Virus record (IMG/VR): IMGVR_UViG_2921665137_000001
Location: 1-64,000 of that record
Length of the DNA stretch: 64,000 bases
Reading direction: 5' to 3' (one strand)
DNA from: a virus
Part shown: one piece after another, positions 38,185-51,032 of the stretch
Layout of the letters: each line of letters starts with the position of its first letter
Numbering within the stretch: the stretch's first letter is position 1
Made by a program: the position numbers and the translations under genes
The notes under the pieces: generated by a model
Databases searched by the model: none
The model's input: only the letters and a program-made list of their open reading frames with translations
What the model was told of the DNA's origin: nothing

Positions 38185-39306
38185 ATGGGCTTCCCGCGTC
38201 AAGTAAATGTACTCGCAGCGCCGGCAGTGCTCGGCGATTTCTGCGATTCCAATCCCCGTAGTACCGTCGATGCAAGCTATGGTGCCTTTGTTGCCGGCGC
38301 CAACGGCTTGGCAGTGGGTCTCTTCGCATGGGCCGATCCGACCAACACGATTCTGAACAATTTCGGCCCGGGTGCGCCGACCGGCTTCATTCACCGCGAC
38401 CAGCAAGCGCTGATTACGGCGTTCCTCGGCGATGACTCGCTCACGATCCCGGCTGGCTATCAGGCTACCGCATTCAACGCCGGTGGCTTCTGGGTGGCGA
38501 ATAGTGGCACAACGACCTCGGCGGTCGGCCAGAACGCGTACGCGAACAACGCAACGGGCGCGGTAACCTTCGGTGCCGCAGGTTCGCCCCCGACCTCGGC
38601 GAGTGTGACGGCATCGATTGCGGCCAACACAACCACGGCCGGCACGATCGCACTGAACAGCGTTACGGGTTCGATCGCAGGCACGACGCTCACCGTTACG
38701 GTGGTCGGTACCGGCGCACTCGCTCCGGGCCAGACGCTGTCGGGCACCAACGTCGACCCAGCCACGACCATCGTTTCGCAACTCACCGGCACGACCGGTA
38801 GCACGGGCACCTATACGGTGTCGGTCAGCCAGACCGTGGCAAGCACCACGATCACCTCGAGCGGCGCAACATTCACGGTCGGCGGCACGGTGACGGGTGT
38901 GTTCGCTGTCGGACAGACCCTTTCGGGCGCGGGTGTCACGGCTGGCACGACCATCACGAACCTGATTTCGGGCACGGGTGGCGCAGGAACGTATGCGGTC
39001 AGCATCGCACAGACCACTTCGAGCACGACCATCACTGCATCCGGTGGCGTGCTGACGGTCACGGTTGTTGGCTCGGGTGCGTTGGCACTGAACGACACAA
39101 TCAGCGGCGCAGGCGTGACGGCAGGTACCTATATCTCCGCCTTCATCACGGGTACCGGCGGCACGGGTACCTACGCTGTGAGCGTCGGCCAGACCGTTGC
39201 ATCGGAGACGATCACGGTTGCCGCCGGTACACAAACGAAGTGGGTTGCCGCTTCGATCGGCGCACCGGGTGAGCTCGTCAAGATGGTCTCGTGGCTGAAC
39301 GGCTAA
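38185..39306 (+). CDS. Virion decoration/fibre-like protein with 3–4 tandem copies of a Thr/Gly-rich repeat of about 58 aa
   Basis: AGGAG ribosome-binding site. Repeats of [22 protein letters not shown]...[14 protein letters not shown] at about 38665-39210. Located between the scaffold-like gene and the major capsid gene. Confidence 0.7.
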   Translation: MGFPRQVNVLAAPAVLGDFCDSNPRSTVDASYGAFVAGANGLAVGLFAWADPTNTILNNFGPGAPTGFIHRDQQALITAFLGDDSLTIPAGYQATAFNAGGFWVANSGTTTSAVGQNAYANNATGAVTFGAAGSPPTSASVTASIAANTTTAGTIALNSVTGSIAGTTLTVTVVGTGALAPGQTLSGTNVDPATTIVSQLTGTTGSTGTYTVSVSQTVASTTITSSGATFTVGGTVTGVFAVGQTLSGAGVTAGTTITNLISGTGGAGTYAVSIAQTTSSTTITASGGVLTVTVVGSGALALNDTISGAGVTAGTYISAFITGTGGTGTYAVSVGQTVASETITVAAGTQTKWVAASIGAPGELVKMVSWLNG

Positions 39307-39329
39307 CGCAAAACTGACAACCGCATGCG

Positions 39330-39353
39330 GCCGCCTTTGGGGCGGCTTTTTTA
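39330..39353 (+). terminator. Rho-independent terminator upstream of the capsid gene
   Basis: GCCGCC-tttgg-GGCGGC followed by TTTTTTATT. Confidence 0.6.
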
Positions 39354-39372
39354 TTGCTCAAAGGAATTCAAA

Positions 39373-40473
39373 ATGGCCAAGATGGCATATGACATGTCGC
39401 CGCAAGACCAACGCGCAGCGATCGAGTATCACAGGCAACAATGGTTCATCGACTTCGGCGATGCGCAGATGTTCTGCCGTCCCGAATGGAAGCAGAATAT
39501 CAGCCTCGCGATGGATGCGCAGCCGCAACTCGTGACGGTGGCGAACTCGGGTATTCCGGCTTACCTGACATATTTTCTCGACCCGGATGTTTTGCACGTT
39601 CTGACCGCAAAGAATCAGGCAACCGAGATCTTCGGCGAGAAGCAGAAAGGCGATTGGACTTCGTCGGCGCTACTGTTTCCGGTTGTTGAGCGTTCGTACG
39701 AAATCTCAAGTTATGGAGATTACAACAACAACGGGCGCGCAGGTATCAACACGAATTTTCCTGAGAGACAACCGTATCTCTACCAGACCATCTGCGAGTA
39801 CGGTGACCTCGAAATCGAGCGCGCCGGCCTTGCGAAAATCGGTTTCGTCGCCGAACAGAAAGAAGCAGCAATCGACGGTCTGAACAAGTTCCAGAACCTG
39901 ACGTACTTCAAGGGCGTTGCCGGTCTGCAGAACTATGGCGCGCTGAATGACCCGTCGCTCTATCCGGCCGTCGCTCCGATTCCGAAGGCGAATGGCGGTC
40001 TCGCGTGGCTGAATGGCACGGCGCCGAATGCATCGGCGAACGAAGTGCTCGCAGACGCCCAGCAGCTCGTCACGCAATTGATCAACCAGTCGAGTGGCCA
40101 GATCGACGTGCGCAGCGAGTTTGTATTGGCAATGTCGCCGAAGAGCGAAATGGCGATGACGTTCACCAACTCGTTTAACGTGAACATGTCGGACCTGTTG
40201 CGCAAGAACTTCCCGAACCTTCGCGTTCAGACTGCGATCCAGTACGGCGCTCTCACCGCACAGAATCCACAAGGTTCTGCGCTTGGCGAGATCGTCCAAA
40301 TCTGGGCGCCCCGTGCAACCGGGCAGGACTCCGGCTATACGAGCTTCAACATGAAATTGAAGTCAGGCCGAATCATCCCCGACATGTCGTCCTTTAAGCA
40401 AAAAATGAGTCAAGGCACGAACGGCTTCATCCTTCGCCAGCCGTTTGCCATGGCAACGATGATCGGTGTCTGA
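39373..40473 (+). CDS. Major capsid protein
   Basis: Protein of about 366 aa immediately after the decoration-like gene and terminator. The start is taken at MAKMAYD. Confidence 0.75.
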   Translation: MAKMAYDMSPQDQRAAIEYHRQQWFIDFGDAQMFCRPEWKQNISLAMDAQPQLVTVANSGIPAYLTYFLDPDVLHVLTAKNQATEIFGEKQKGDWTSSALLFPVVERSYEISSYGDYNNNGRAGINTNFPERQPYLYQTICEYGDLEIERAGLAKIGFVAEQKEAAIDGLNKFQNLTYFKGVAGLQNYGALNDPSLYPAVAPIPKANGGLAWLNGTAPNASANEVLADAQQLVTQLINQSSGQIDVRSEFVLAMSPKSEMAMTFTNSFNVNMSDLLRKNFPNLRVQTAIQYGALTAQNPQGSALGEIVQIWAPRATGQDSGYTSFNMKLKSGRIIPDMSSFKQKMSQGTNGFILRQPFAMATMIGV

Positions 40474-40581
40474 CCGATTGCAGTAAAGCGCGCCCCTAGG
40501 GTCATTCCCAAAAAGCCGACCTGACCGTATCGGCCTGGTGGCGCGCCCTCTTTTGTTCGGTCACTTCTGATAGGCGGTCAC

Positions 40582-41067
40582 ATGGCAACGCAAGAATCGA
40601 CAATCACCCTGAAGAAAAATAACGACGTTCCGAGCAATGCAACGGTCACGGTCGCCTCGAAGTTCCCGATGGACTTCACGCTGCGTCTATTTGACTTTGT
40701 CAAACGCTATGAGCCCGTAATGGGCGGCGGCCAGCGCGAATTCAAGATTGCGGAACCTCGTCACGGCAGTAAAGATTTCATCGTGCAGGGCAATAGCTGG
40801 CCGCAGAACAAGGGCCCGCATCAGCAGATCAACTGCGGTTACGCGATCACGCACGGCATCCCCAAGGCATTCTGGGATGAGTGGTTGGAACAGAACCGCG
40901 AATCCGCTTTCGTCGTGAACGGCATGCTGTTCGCCCACGCAGAAACAGCAAGCACGATGGCAGAGGCCAAAGAGAAGGAAAAGGAAAAGTCGGGGCTTGA
41001 ACGGCTGGATCCGAAAAATCTTCCGAAGGGCATCGAAACGGCGGATGAAATGCGCCGCGCGTCATGA
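40582..41067 (+). CDS. Hypothetical virion protein (161 aa)
   Basis: Positioned after the capsid gene. KEKEKEK tail. Confidence 0.5.
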   Translation: MATQESTITLKKNNDVPSNATVTVASKFPMDFTLRLFDFVKRYEPVMGGGQREFKIAEPRHGSKDFIVQGNSWPQNKGPHQQINCGYAITHGIPKAFWDEWLEQNRESAFVVNGMLFAHAETASTMAEAKEKEKEKSGLERLDPKNLPKGIETADEMRRAS

Positions 41068-41546
41068 GCACGCCGGCCAGCAATATCGTTGTGTTCTCGT
41101 ACGCCGATTGGAGTGCTGCATATCCTGAGTTGGCGGCTTATGTCACCCAGCCGCAGGCGCAGGGATACTTCAACCGCGCGCAGTTGATGTGCGATAACAC
41201 CGCTACAAGCATCGTCATCGACGCAAGTCAGGGCGGCCAGCGCGAGACGTTGCTCAATATGCTGGTCGCCCACATAGCCGCGCTGAATGCCCCGCTCAAT
41301 GGGCAGGCTTCATCGCCGCTGGTCGGGCGCATCAGCAATGCGACGCAGGGCAGCGTGTCCGTACAGACGCAGATGGATTTCCCGCCCGGCTCCGCGCAAT
41401 GGTTTAACCAGACGAAGTACGGTGCCGAATATTGGCAGGCGACGGCGCAGTACCGATCGATGCAATATGCGCCGGGCGCCACTTCCCAATTCAATCCTTG
41501 GGGTAGTGGCTCATGGGGCCGCAGGGGCGGATCGCGGGGGTTCTGA
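41064..41546 (+). CDS. DUF4054-like head–tail joining protein
   Basis: FSYADWSAAYPELAAY...QRETLLNMLVAHIAAL resembles the DUF4054 N-terminal signature (recalled, not searched). Confidence 0.55.
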   Translation: MSTPASNIVVFSYADWSAAYPELAAYVTQPQAQGYFNRAQLMCDNTATSIVIDASQGGQRETLLNMLVAHIAALNAPLNGQASSPLVGRISNATQGSVSVQTQMDFPPGSAQWFNQTKYGAEYWQATAQYRSMQYAPGATSQFNPWGSGSWGRRGGSRGF

Positions 41547-42157
41547 TGGGTATCAACTTCAAGGGCGGCGACAAACTCGAGCAGAAATTGCGAGAGATTG
41601 CTGAGAAGGTCGGCAAGGCCAATACAGTGAAAGTCGGATTTCTTGAAGATGCGACCTACTCTGACGGCACTCCTGTCGCCCTTATTGCTGCCACGAATGA
41701 GTATGGCGGCACCGTCAACGTTCCGGAGCATGACGTTACGCTCCATCGCAAGATAGACAAGAACGGAAATTTCGCCGCAGGCACCTTGGACGAGGAAGGC
41801 AATCGAATCGGCGCCAGCCAGTTTGTCAAGACGTCCCGATCAAACTATGACACGGTGCATCACGTCGAGGCCTACACGATCACGATTCCGGCGCGCCCCT
41901 ACTTCCGCGGAATGATCCAGAAGAACAAAGGTGATTGGGGCCCGCAACTCGGCAAGATCATCAAGGGCGCGGATTATGACTCGGCGGTTGCGCTGGGCCG
42001 GCTCGGTCAGTTGGTGAAAGAGCAGTTGCAGGAATCGATCCGCGATTTCAGCGATCCGAAGAACGCTAAATCCACCATTGCAAAGAAAGGCTTTGATAAG
42101 CCATTGGTCGAAAAATCGGTGATGTTGAACAGCGCCGACTTCGAAGTCAACGAATAG
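41546..42157 (+). CDS. Hypothetical virion/neck protein (203 aa)
   Basis: ATG overlaps the previous stop. Confidence 0.5.
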   Translation: MGINFKGGDKLEQKLREIAEKVGKANTVKVGFLEDATYSDGTPVALIAATNEYGGTVNVPEHDVTLHRKIDKNGNFAAGTLDEEGNRIGASQFVKTSRSNYDTVHHVEAYTITIPARPYFRGMIQKNKGDWGPQLGKIIKGADYDSAVALGRLGQLVKEQLQESIRDFSDPKNAKSTIAKKGFDKPLVEKSVMLNSADFEVNE

Positions 42158-42170
42158 GAGCATCCATCTC

Positions 42171-42794
42171 ATGGGCATCACCGTTTTTAGTTCTTCGCTT
42201 GGCGACGTCCAGGTGCCGTTTTCTTCGAATGGCACGATGCAGTCGTCCGCCGCTCTCCAGGGTGGCCAAGCCGCTGGCTTTGTCCGTAGTTGCGGCAACG
42301 CGAGTGTACAGGTCAGCGCTGCCGGCCAAGGCAATGGCGCAGACACAACCGATGACGTCTTGTTCACGTATGCGCTTCCCGCCAACGCGTTGGACGCCGC
42401 GGGCCGTCAGATCACGATCACTGCCGCTGGCAAGTTCGCATCGACCGCCAACAACAAGCGCATCAAGATCTGGTGGGGCACCACGACGCAGACCGTGGGC
42501 GCTGCTGTCGCTGGCGGCACACTGATCGCCGACTCAGGCGTTGCAACGACCAACGGCGGCGGATGGTCGGCAAGCGTTCAGGTCCAGAAGTATGGTGCCA
42601 ATGGATCGAACACGCAGATTGCGACATGCGCCGCCGTTGTGGCTGGTGCTACGCACCTCGGTACGTCCGCGCCAGCGACGCTGACCGCTGTCGAGAGCGG
42701 CGTGATCAACATCACGATCACCGGCTCGAGCCCGACCACGGGCGCTGCGAATGATGTGGTGGGTCAACTGTTCGATATTGCGTACAACAACTAA
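42171..42794 (+). CDS. Hypothetical structural protein (207 aa)
   Basis: Gly/Ala/Thr-rich β protein. Confidence 0.5.
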   Translation: MGITVFSSSLGDVQVPFSSNGTMQSSAALQGGQAAGFVRSCGNASVQVSAAGQGNGADTTDDVLFTYALPANALDAAGRQITITAAGKFASTANNKRIKIWWGTTTQTVGAAVAGGTLIADSGVATTNGGGWSASVQVQKYGANGSNTQIATCAAVVAGATHLGTSAPATLTAVESGVINITITGSSPTTGAANDVVGQLFDIAYNN

Positions 42795-42796
42795 GC

Positions 42797-43180
42797 ATGA
42801 ACCTCTCTGGCATCGTCGGCAATTATGTCGCCGCGGTCAATCCGTGGGTAACGGCTTCGATCCAGGCGTCGACCGGCTATTCCACGAGTCCGGATGGTGA
42901 TCGCGTGCCGTCCTACGCATCGCCGGCCTCGATTCAGGTTCAGATGCAGGCGATGACGTACCGCGACCTCGTTCAGATCGAGGGGCTGAACATCAACGGC
43001 GAAAAGCGTTCGATGTACATCAACGGCACGTGGGAAGGTGTTGCAAGGCCGGACGGACGCGGCGGTGACCTGATCACGCTGCTGGATGGGTCAGTCTGGC
43101 TGGTCGTGCAGGTACTTGAGAACTGGGGCTATCAGGACGGCTGGACCAAAGTCGCTGTAGTTCGTCAGAACGGGGGCTAG
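42797..43180 (+). CDS. Hypothetical structural protein (127 aa)
   Basis: Positioned in the head–tail module. Confidence 0.5.
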   Translation: MNLSGIVGNYVAAVNPWVTASIQASTGYSTSPDGDRVPSYASPASIQVQMQAMTYRDLVQIEGLNINGEKRSMYINGTWEGVARPDGRGGDLITLLDGSVWLVVQVLENWGYQDGWTKVAVVRQNGG

Positions 43181-43182
43181 CC

Positions 43183-43403
43183 ATGAACACATGCGATGGG
43201 TGCGCGCACTATGCGCCAGGCGACCCAGAGGGGCGATTCAAGTTCGCAGGTACATGCGGGCTTATTGAAGACAGAGCCTTTCCGCGCGACGAAGGATCGG
43301 AATGTTCCGAGGTCGGCGTCGATGTCTGGACGGACGTTCCGGTTTCTCAAGGTCTTTACGTTGGACCGAAGTTTGGTTGCATTCACTGGCTGTCTAACGA
43401 AGC

Positions 43404-43407
<4 letters not shown>
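43183..43407 (+). CDS. Small Cys-containing protein (74 aa)
   Basis: CDGCAHY...CG...C. Confidence 0.4.
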
Positions 43408-45936
<2,529 letters not shown>

Positions 45937-46035
45937 CGCGATATGATGTAAGTGTGCGGGATAGGAGGCATCCGACAAGCCAGTTCCCTAGCTGGTTTCC
46001 CGCACCATTCACTAGGGTTTGCTTAGGGGCAAACG

Positions 46036-46680
46036 ATGAACAACGATACCGGGATCTATACGATCACCAGTCCGAGCGGTGGCCAGTATGTCGGTTCCGC
46101 AAAATCCTTTAAGACGCGCTGGGCAGTCCATCTTGGGGATTTGCGCCGCGGCACGCATCACAGTTCCGCGCTTCAGAATGCATGGAACAAGTATGGCGAA
46201 GGTGCAATGACCTTTGCGAAGATCGCACTCTGCCCGATTACCGATTTGCTGGCCGTCGAGCAGGCGAGAATTGATGCTTTGCGCCCGGAATACAACATAG
46301 AGAAGATTGCCGGAAGTTCCTTAGGAACCAGGCGATCGGACGCAACCCGTGCGAAATTATCCAAAGCGAAAAAAGGAAAGAAGCTCACCATAGAGCATCG
46401 CGCGGCGGTATCAAGGGCGCTATCCCAGAGGACGGGGGAGAGAAGGAGTGCTGAAGCCCGCGCAAATATTGCAGCCGCAAAAGTTGGCGAGAAGAATCCT
46501 CGTGCTCGCGCTGTCATATGTATAGAAACAGGCCAGAGATTTATAAGTGGTCAGGCCGCTATAGACTGGCTTAGAGCCAATGGCCGACCTAAAGCTTCGC
46601 ACGGTCATATCTATTACTGCTGTCAAGGCAAGATCAAGTCTAGTTTTGCGTACGGTTACCATTGGCGCTACGCCGATTAG
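46036..46680 (+). CDS. GIY-YIG homing endonuclease
   Basis: GIYTITSPSGGQYVGSA...W..H motif, NUMOD-like repeats and a C-terminal DNA-binding region. Inserted between the sheath and tube genes. Confidence 0.85.
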   Translation: MNNDTGIYTITSPSGGQYVGSAKSFKTRWAVHLGDLRRGTHHSSALQNAWNKYGEGAMTFAKIALCPITDLLAVEQARIDALRPEYNIEKIAGSSLGTRRSDATRAKLSKAKKGKKLTIEHRAAVSRALSQRTGERRSAEARANIAAAKVGEKNPRARAVICIETGQRFISGQAAIDWLRANGRPKASHGHIYYCCQGKIKSSFAYGYHWRYAD

Positions 46681-46703
46681 CCGAAATACTTTTTGAATAT
46701 TAA

Positions 46704-46729
46704 AGCCACCTCCGGGTGGCTTTTTTTAT
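46704..46729 (+). terminator. Rho-independent terminator after the GIY-YIG gene
   Basis: GCCACC-tccg-GGTGGC followed by TTTTTTTATT. Confidence 0.65.
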
Positions 46730-46747
46730 TGCAGTGGGAGCTAACAC

Positions 46748-47176
46748 ATGGATATAACCTCCGCGAACTCAACCTCGGCTCTGATCATCACCGGCCTGTT
46801 CCCTGTCGCGCAGATCCTGCAGGGTTACAGCACCGACGATGCATTCGCAGCCGACGATGTTGCGCCGGCGCAAGTCATGATGGGCGTCGACGGCAAGCAG
46901 TCAGGCGGGTATGTGCCCTACCCGGTCAAGCTGGACTACACGTTCCAGGCTGACTCGCCGTCGCTCGCATTGTTCGATGCCCTTCTAGCGGCGCAGGCGG
47001 CCACACGCAGTATCTTCCTGATGACGAACTTCATCTCTTTGCCGTCCGTGCGCGCAGCGTACACGTTCAACAAGGGGATTCTGACGTCGGCCAGCCCGCT
47101 GCCCAAAGCGGCAAAAGTACTCCAGCCGCGGAAGTTCTCGATCACGTTCGAATCCATGAACTGGGCGCCGATCTGA
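46748..47176 (+). CDS. Tail tube protein (DUF3277-like)
   Basis: 142 aa, immediately upstream of the chaperone and tape-measure genes. Confidence 0.6.
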   Translation: MDITSANSTSALIITGLFPVAQILQGYSTDDAFAADDVAPAQVMMGVDGKQSGGYVPYPVKLDYTFQADSPSLALFDALLAAQAATRSIFLMTNFISLPSVRAAYTFNKGILTSASPLPKAAKVLQPRKFSITFESMNWAPI

Positions 47177-47177
47177 T

Positions 47178-47618
47178 ATGGCCAGAAAAACTTCAATCGT
47201 AACGATCAGCACCCGTGGGCGTGATATCGGGAAGGTGTTTCACATCACCGAACTCTCGTCCGCGCAAAGCGAAGAATGGGCCACGCGCGCGCTCTTCGTG
47301 ATGATGAACTGCGGCGTCGATATTCCGGACGATCTTCTGTCTGCCGGCCTAGCTGGCATCGCGGCGATCGGCATCAAGTCCCTGTCGCGGGTTCCCTATG
47401 AGATGGCCAAGCCGCTCTTTGACGAGATGTGGGAGTGCATCAGGATTCAGCCTGACCCGAACATCCCGAACGTGATTCGTGCGCTAGTGGAAAGCGACAT
47501 CGAGGAAGTGTCGACCCGCCTGACGCTACGAAAAGCGGTGCTTGATCTGCATCTGGATTTTTTTCGAAGCGCCGCCCCCTCGCAACAAGAAGCGGCGGCG
47601 GCAGTAGCGAAGATCTGA
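47178..47618 (+). CDS. Tail assembly chaperone (G-like short form)
   Basis: Positioned between the tube and tape-measure genes. Contains the slippery run. Confidence 0.7.
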   Translation: MARKTSIVTISTRGRDIGKVFHITELSSAQSEEWATRALFVMMNCGVDIPDDLLSAGLAGIAAIGIKSLSRVPYEMAKPLFDEMWECIRIQPDPNIPNVIRALVESDIEEVSTRLTLRKAVLDLHLDFFRSAAPSQQEAAAAVAKI

Positions 47619-47785
47619 TCGAATACGCGAATATCCCGCGCTCGATCGGCGTGATCGTTTCCCGCAAACTGGCCACGCTGCATGAACTGCAAACCGTGTA
47701 CGGTGCCCAGGATCTCTACGATCTGCTCGAAGTGATCATCGTGGATGACTACAACGCGCGCATCATGAGCGAACGCAAGGAATAG
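47178..47785 (+). CDS. Tail assembly chaperone -1 frameshift fusion (GT-like long form). The shift occurs at the T7 run at 47558-47564.
   Basis: The slippery sequence GAT TTT TTT CGA is followed by a -1 frame open for 74 codons (…DLIEYANIPRSIGVIVSRKLATLHELQTVYGAQDLYDLLEVIIVDDYNARIMSERKE*). Confidence 0.6.
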
Positions 47786-48192
47786 CCGCCATTCACTGGA
47801 ATGGCTTGGGCTTGCCGTGCGGATACAGGCAGGCTTGATAGATTTGATTGGCCAGCGCAGGGCCGCCAGCATCCACAAATGCTGGGTCGGAATAGACCGA
47901 ATTGACGATCTGCTTGCCTTGCTCCACCGAAATACCCCAGCCAGATGAAGCCGTGATCGTGTTCAGTGCGGTTTTCGGCGGCCAGTTACTATCTCGACCC
48001 TCGGCGACCATCTGATAGGCCATTCCGAGCTTCATGCAGTGGTCCTGCTGCTCCGGCGTGTATGGAGCCTGCTGCGAAAAGGCAGAAAAAGGCACCAGTA
48101 GCGTCACGAAAACAAACATATTTTTCATCAGATTTGCTCCTGTAAATGTCGCCATTCAGGGCGAAGAGTGGTGGTAAGTCTAAGGGATTAAC

Positions 48193-50091
48193 ATGGCTAC
48201 GGTGATAGATGCGCTCGTTGTGAGCCTAGGCCTTGATGCGAAAGGCTTTCTCGCCGGCAAAAATCAGGCAACCGATGCCACCAAGAAGCTGTCGGCCGAA
48301 GAAACGAAAGCAGCCAAGGAGATGGAGGCACTGAATAAAAACGCAGCCGAGTCATTCAAGAAGGTCCGCAATGAAGTATTGGCATTGCTCGCGATCTTCA
48401 CCGCCGGCATGGGGCTGAAGGATTTCACGGAAAGCACCATTGGATCGGCGGTGAATCTGGGCTATATGGCCAAGAATCTGCAGATGAGCACGCAGGACCT
48501 GTCCGCATGGCAGCGCGCGGCAGAACGTGCCGGTGGCAGCGCGGAAGGCATCACCAGTGCATTACAGGACTCTCAGCAGCAGATCGCCGGATTTCGCCTG
48601 GGCAAGGTCACCGACCAGATCCAGATGTTTCTCCGCTTCGGCGGGAAGACCGGGGATCTGAAAGACGGAAATACCTATCTGCTCGCGCGCGCCAAAATCG
48701 TTCAGGATCTGTTCAAAGTCGATCCGGCTCGGGCCAAATATGTCGCTCAGGCAATGGGCATCAGCGGTGATGAGTTCAACTTCATCAAACAGGGACCGCA
48801 AGCGATTCTTGCCTTGGTTGCCGCTCAGGAAAAGAACTCGGCCATCACCGAGAAGCAAGCTGAACAAGCCCTGAAACTCAAGAATGCGTGGCTTGATCTT
48901 CGGGACCGACTGGAATATGTCGGTACGACGGTGCTGCTCCAGCTCATGCCAACGTTCGAACTGTGGCTCCAGAAGCTTCAGAAACTGGCCGATTGGGTGG
49001 CGGATCACAAGGCGGACATTGCCCAGTGGGTTGATGGCGCTGTCGCGTCAGTGCAGAAGTTCATCACCACGATCGATAAGGCCGCAGATTCCATTGGCGG
49101 CTGGAAGAACGTGCTGATCGCACTGGCGGCCATCAAGATCCTGTCCATGACCACCAGCCTGCTTAGTCTGGCTGGCGCGCTGACGGGGGTAGGCGGTGCG
49201 CTTGGCGGACTGGCTGCTGCGGGCCCGGTTGCCGGCCTGGCGATACTGGCTGCTGCGGCTGGCGTGGCGATCAAAACGATCAAGGATTCAACGGAGCCCG
49301 GTCATTTTGTGGGCCGCACCGCCGGTTCAAAGCATGGTAATGAAATTCGCCCGCAGGACACGAACGCATCGCTCTGGAATGACATCAAGAAAGGTGCGAA
49401 AGAGTTTTTCTCGATGGATAAAAGGAAGTTCGTTTCCCGTACGAGTGGCGCCGAACAACAGCGTGAGCGCGCCGCCTTCGACTATTTCAGGAGCCAGGGA
49501 TGGACGTCTGAGCAGGCGGCTGGGATTACGGGTAGCCTGGTACAGGAAAGTGGAGTCGATCCATCCAACCAGAACAAGCAATCTGGCGCATATGGTGCGG
49601 GTCAGTGGCTCGGTAGTCGCGTTGCGGACTTCAGGAAATGGTCCGGTCACGATCTGGAAGGCTCAAGTCTCGAAGAGCAACTTGCCTTCATGCAATACGA
49701 ATTGACGAAGGGCAACGAGCAGGCGGCCGGCCGTAGGTTACGGGGCGCAAAGACTGCAGCAGAAGCGGCGGCAATTCATGCGCAGTATTACGAGCGTCCG
49801 GGCACTGCTGAAGCCAACATTGGCAAGCGCCAGGCCTATGCGAACAGCATCTATGCGTCCCTCGGCCAGGCGAATGCTTCGCAGATCGCATCCCAATCGG
49901 TTGACGCGCGTTCTGCAGGCCAGTCAGCCGCGAGCATTTCGCACATGACCTCGAGCGCAGAGACCAACATCAACGGGCCGATCACGATCCATACGCAGGC
50001 AACCGACGCGCAAGGCATCGCAAAAGAGTTCGGCAAGGCCGTCGCGAAATATAGCTTCACGGTGCCGCAGGCAAATACAGGGTTGACGTAA
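48193..50091 (+). CDS. Tape measure protein with a C-terminal phage-tail-lysozyme-like domain
   Basis: 632 aa. It has a helical N-terminal part and hydrophobic Gly/Ala-rich transmembrane-like segments. The C-terminal domain (…FDYFRSQGWTSEQAAGITGSLVQESG…GAGQWLGSR…) is lysozyme-like. Confidence 0.8.
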   Translation: MATVIDALVVSLGLDAKGFLAGKNQATDATKKLSAEETKAAKEMEALNKNAAESFKKVRNEVLALLAIFTAGMGLKDFTESTIGSAVNLGYMAKNLQMSTQDLSAWQRAAERAGGSAEGITSALQDSQQQIAGFRLGKVTDQIQMFLRFGGKTGDLKDGNTYLLARAKIVQDLFKVDPARAKYVAQAMGISGDEFNFIKQGPQAILALVAAQEKNSAITEKQAEQALKLKNAWLDLRDRLEYVGTTVLLQLMPTFELWLQKLQKLADWVADHKADIAQWVDGAVASVQKFITTIDKAADSIGGWKNVLIALAAIKILSMTTSLLSLAGALTGVGGALGGLAAAGPVAGLAILAAAAGVAIKTIKDSTEPGHFVGRTAGSKHGNEIRPQDTNASLWNDIKKGAKEFFSMDKRKFVSRTSGAEQQRERAAFDYFRSQGWTSEQAAGITGSLVQESGVDPSNQNKQSGAYGAGQWLGSRVADFRKWSGHDLEGSSLEEQLAFMQYELTKGNEQAAGRRLRGAKTAAEAAAIHAQYYERPGTAEANIGKRQAYANSIYASLGQANASQIASQSVDARSAGQSAASISHMTSSAETNINGPITIHTQATDAQGIAKEFGKAVAKYSFTVPQANTGLT

Positions 50092-50690
50092 TGGTAAACG
50101 GAATTCCGGCGCTGCTTGGGAAGGTTGCCAATGTCGCGACTGTGGGCCTGTTGGTCGTAGCGGACGCCACCAACATCCTCAACCTGTTTTCCGGCCCGAA
50201 GTGGGGCATCTTTAATCAGGATGGAAGTATCGCGGTCAAGCCGGATTCGATGGTTAGCCTGGATTTCAAGCGTGAGTGGAAGATCCCGAATTATCCGGTG
50301 GAACAGGGATCTTTCCAGTCCTACAACAAGGTTGCGTTACCGGGTAACACGAGAATCCGGCTGTCAAAAGGCGGAACGGATGCCGATCGGAGCAATTTCC
50401 TTACCCAGGTAGCGACGGTGGCCCAATCATTGACACTGTTTAACGTTGCGATGCCAGAAGGAACGCTGATACGGAACGTCAATTTCGTCGACTATTCCAT
50501 CCACCGGACATCGACGGATGGCGTCGGCCTGATCTTGATCGATCTGGAGCTCGAGGAAATTCGAGTTACCGCAACTGCGACATTTGCCAACACAACAGCG
50601 CCGAGCGGGGCCGATCCGGTCAGCACTGGCAGCGTGCAACCACAGCCCCCGACCACGGCGCAATCCGCCGCAGCAGGTTCTTTCAGGTAA
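50091..50690 (+). CDS. Hypothetical tail/baseplate protein (199 aa)
   Basis: ATGG overlap with the tape-measure stop. Confidence 0.5.
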   Translation: MVNGIPALLGKVANVATVGLLVVADATNILNLFSGPKWGIFNQDGSIAVKPDSMVSLDFKREWKIPNYPVEQGSFQSYNKVALPGNTRIRLSKGGTDADRSNFLTQVATVAQSLTLFNVAMPEGTLIRNVNFVDYSIHRTSTDGVGLILIDLELEEIRVTATATFANTTAPSGADPVSTGSVQPQPPTTAQSAAAGSFR

Positions 50691-50693
50691 GCC

Positions 50694-51032
50694 ATGCAGA
50701 TCATTCCGATCCAGGACGTCTATTCACAGACCATACCTGCGGTCCAGCTCGCCGGGCAGAATTGCAAGATCAATCTCTACCAGAAGTCGACCGGATTTTA
50801 CTGCGACCTGTACATCAACAATGCACCGATCATCACGGGCAGAATCTGCCAGAACCTGAACCGTATCGTGGGTAGGCTGTACATGGGTTTTGTGGGCGAT
50901 CTGATGTTTTGCGATACGCAGGGCAGTCTCACCATCCCTAGTACCGGTCTTGATCCTTCGTCGCCCGGTCTCGGTTCCCGCTATCTACTCTGCTACCTGT
51001 CGACTACGGATCTCGGTCCTGGAGTGGGTTGA
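50694..51032 (+). CDS. Hypothetical tail/baseplate protein (112 aa)
   Basis: Positioned within the baseplate cluster. Confidence 0.45.
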   Translation: MQIIPIQDVYSQTIPAVQLAGQNCKINLYQKSTGFYCDLYINNAPIITGRICQNLNRIVGRLYMGFVGDLMFCDTQGSLTIPSTGLDPSSPGLGSRYLLCYLSTTDLGPGVG

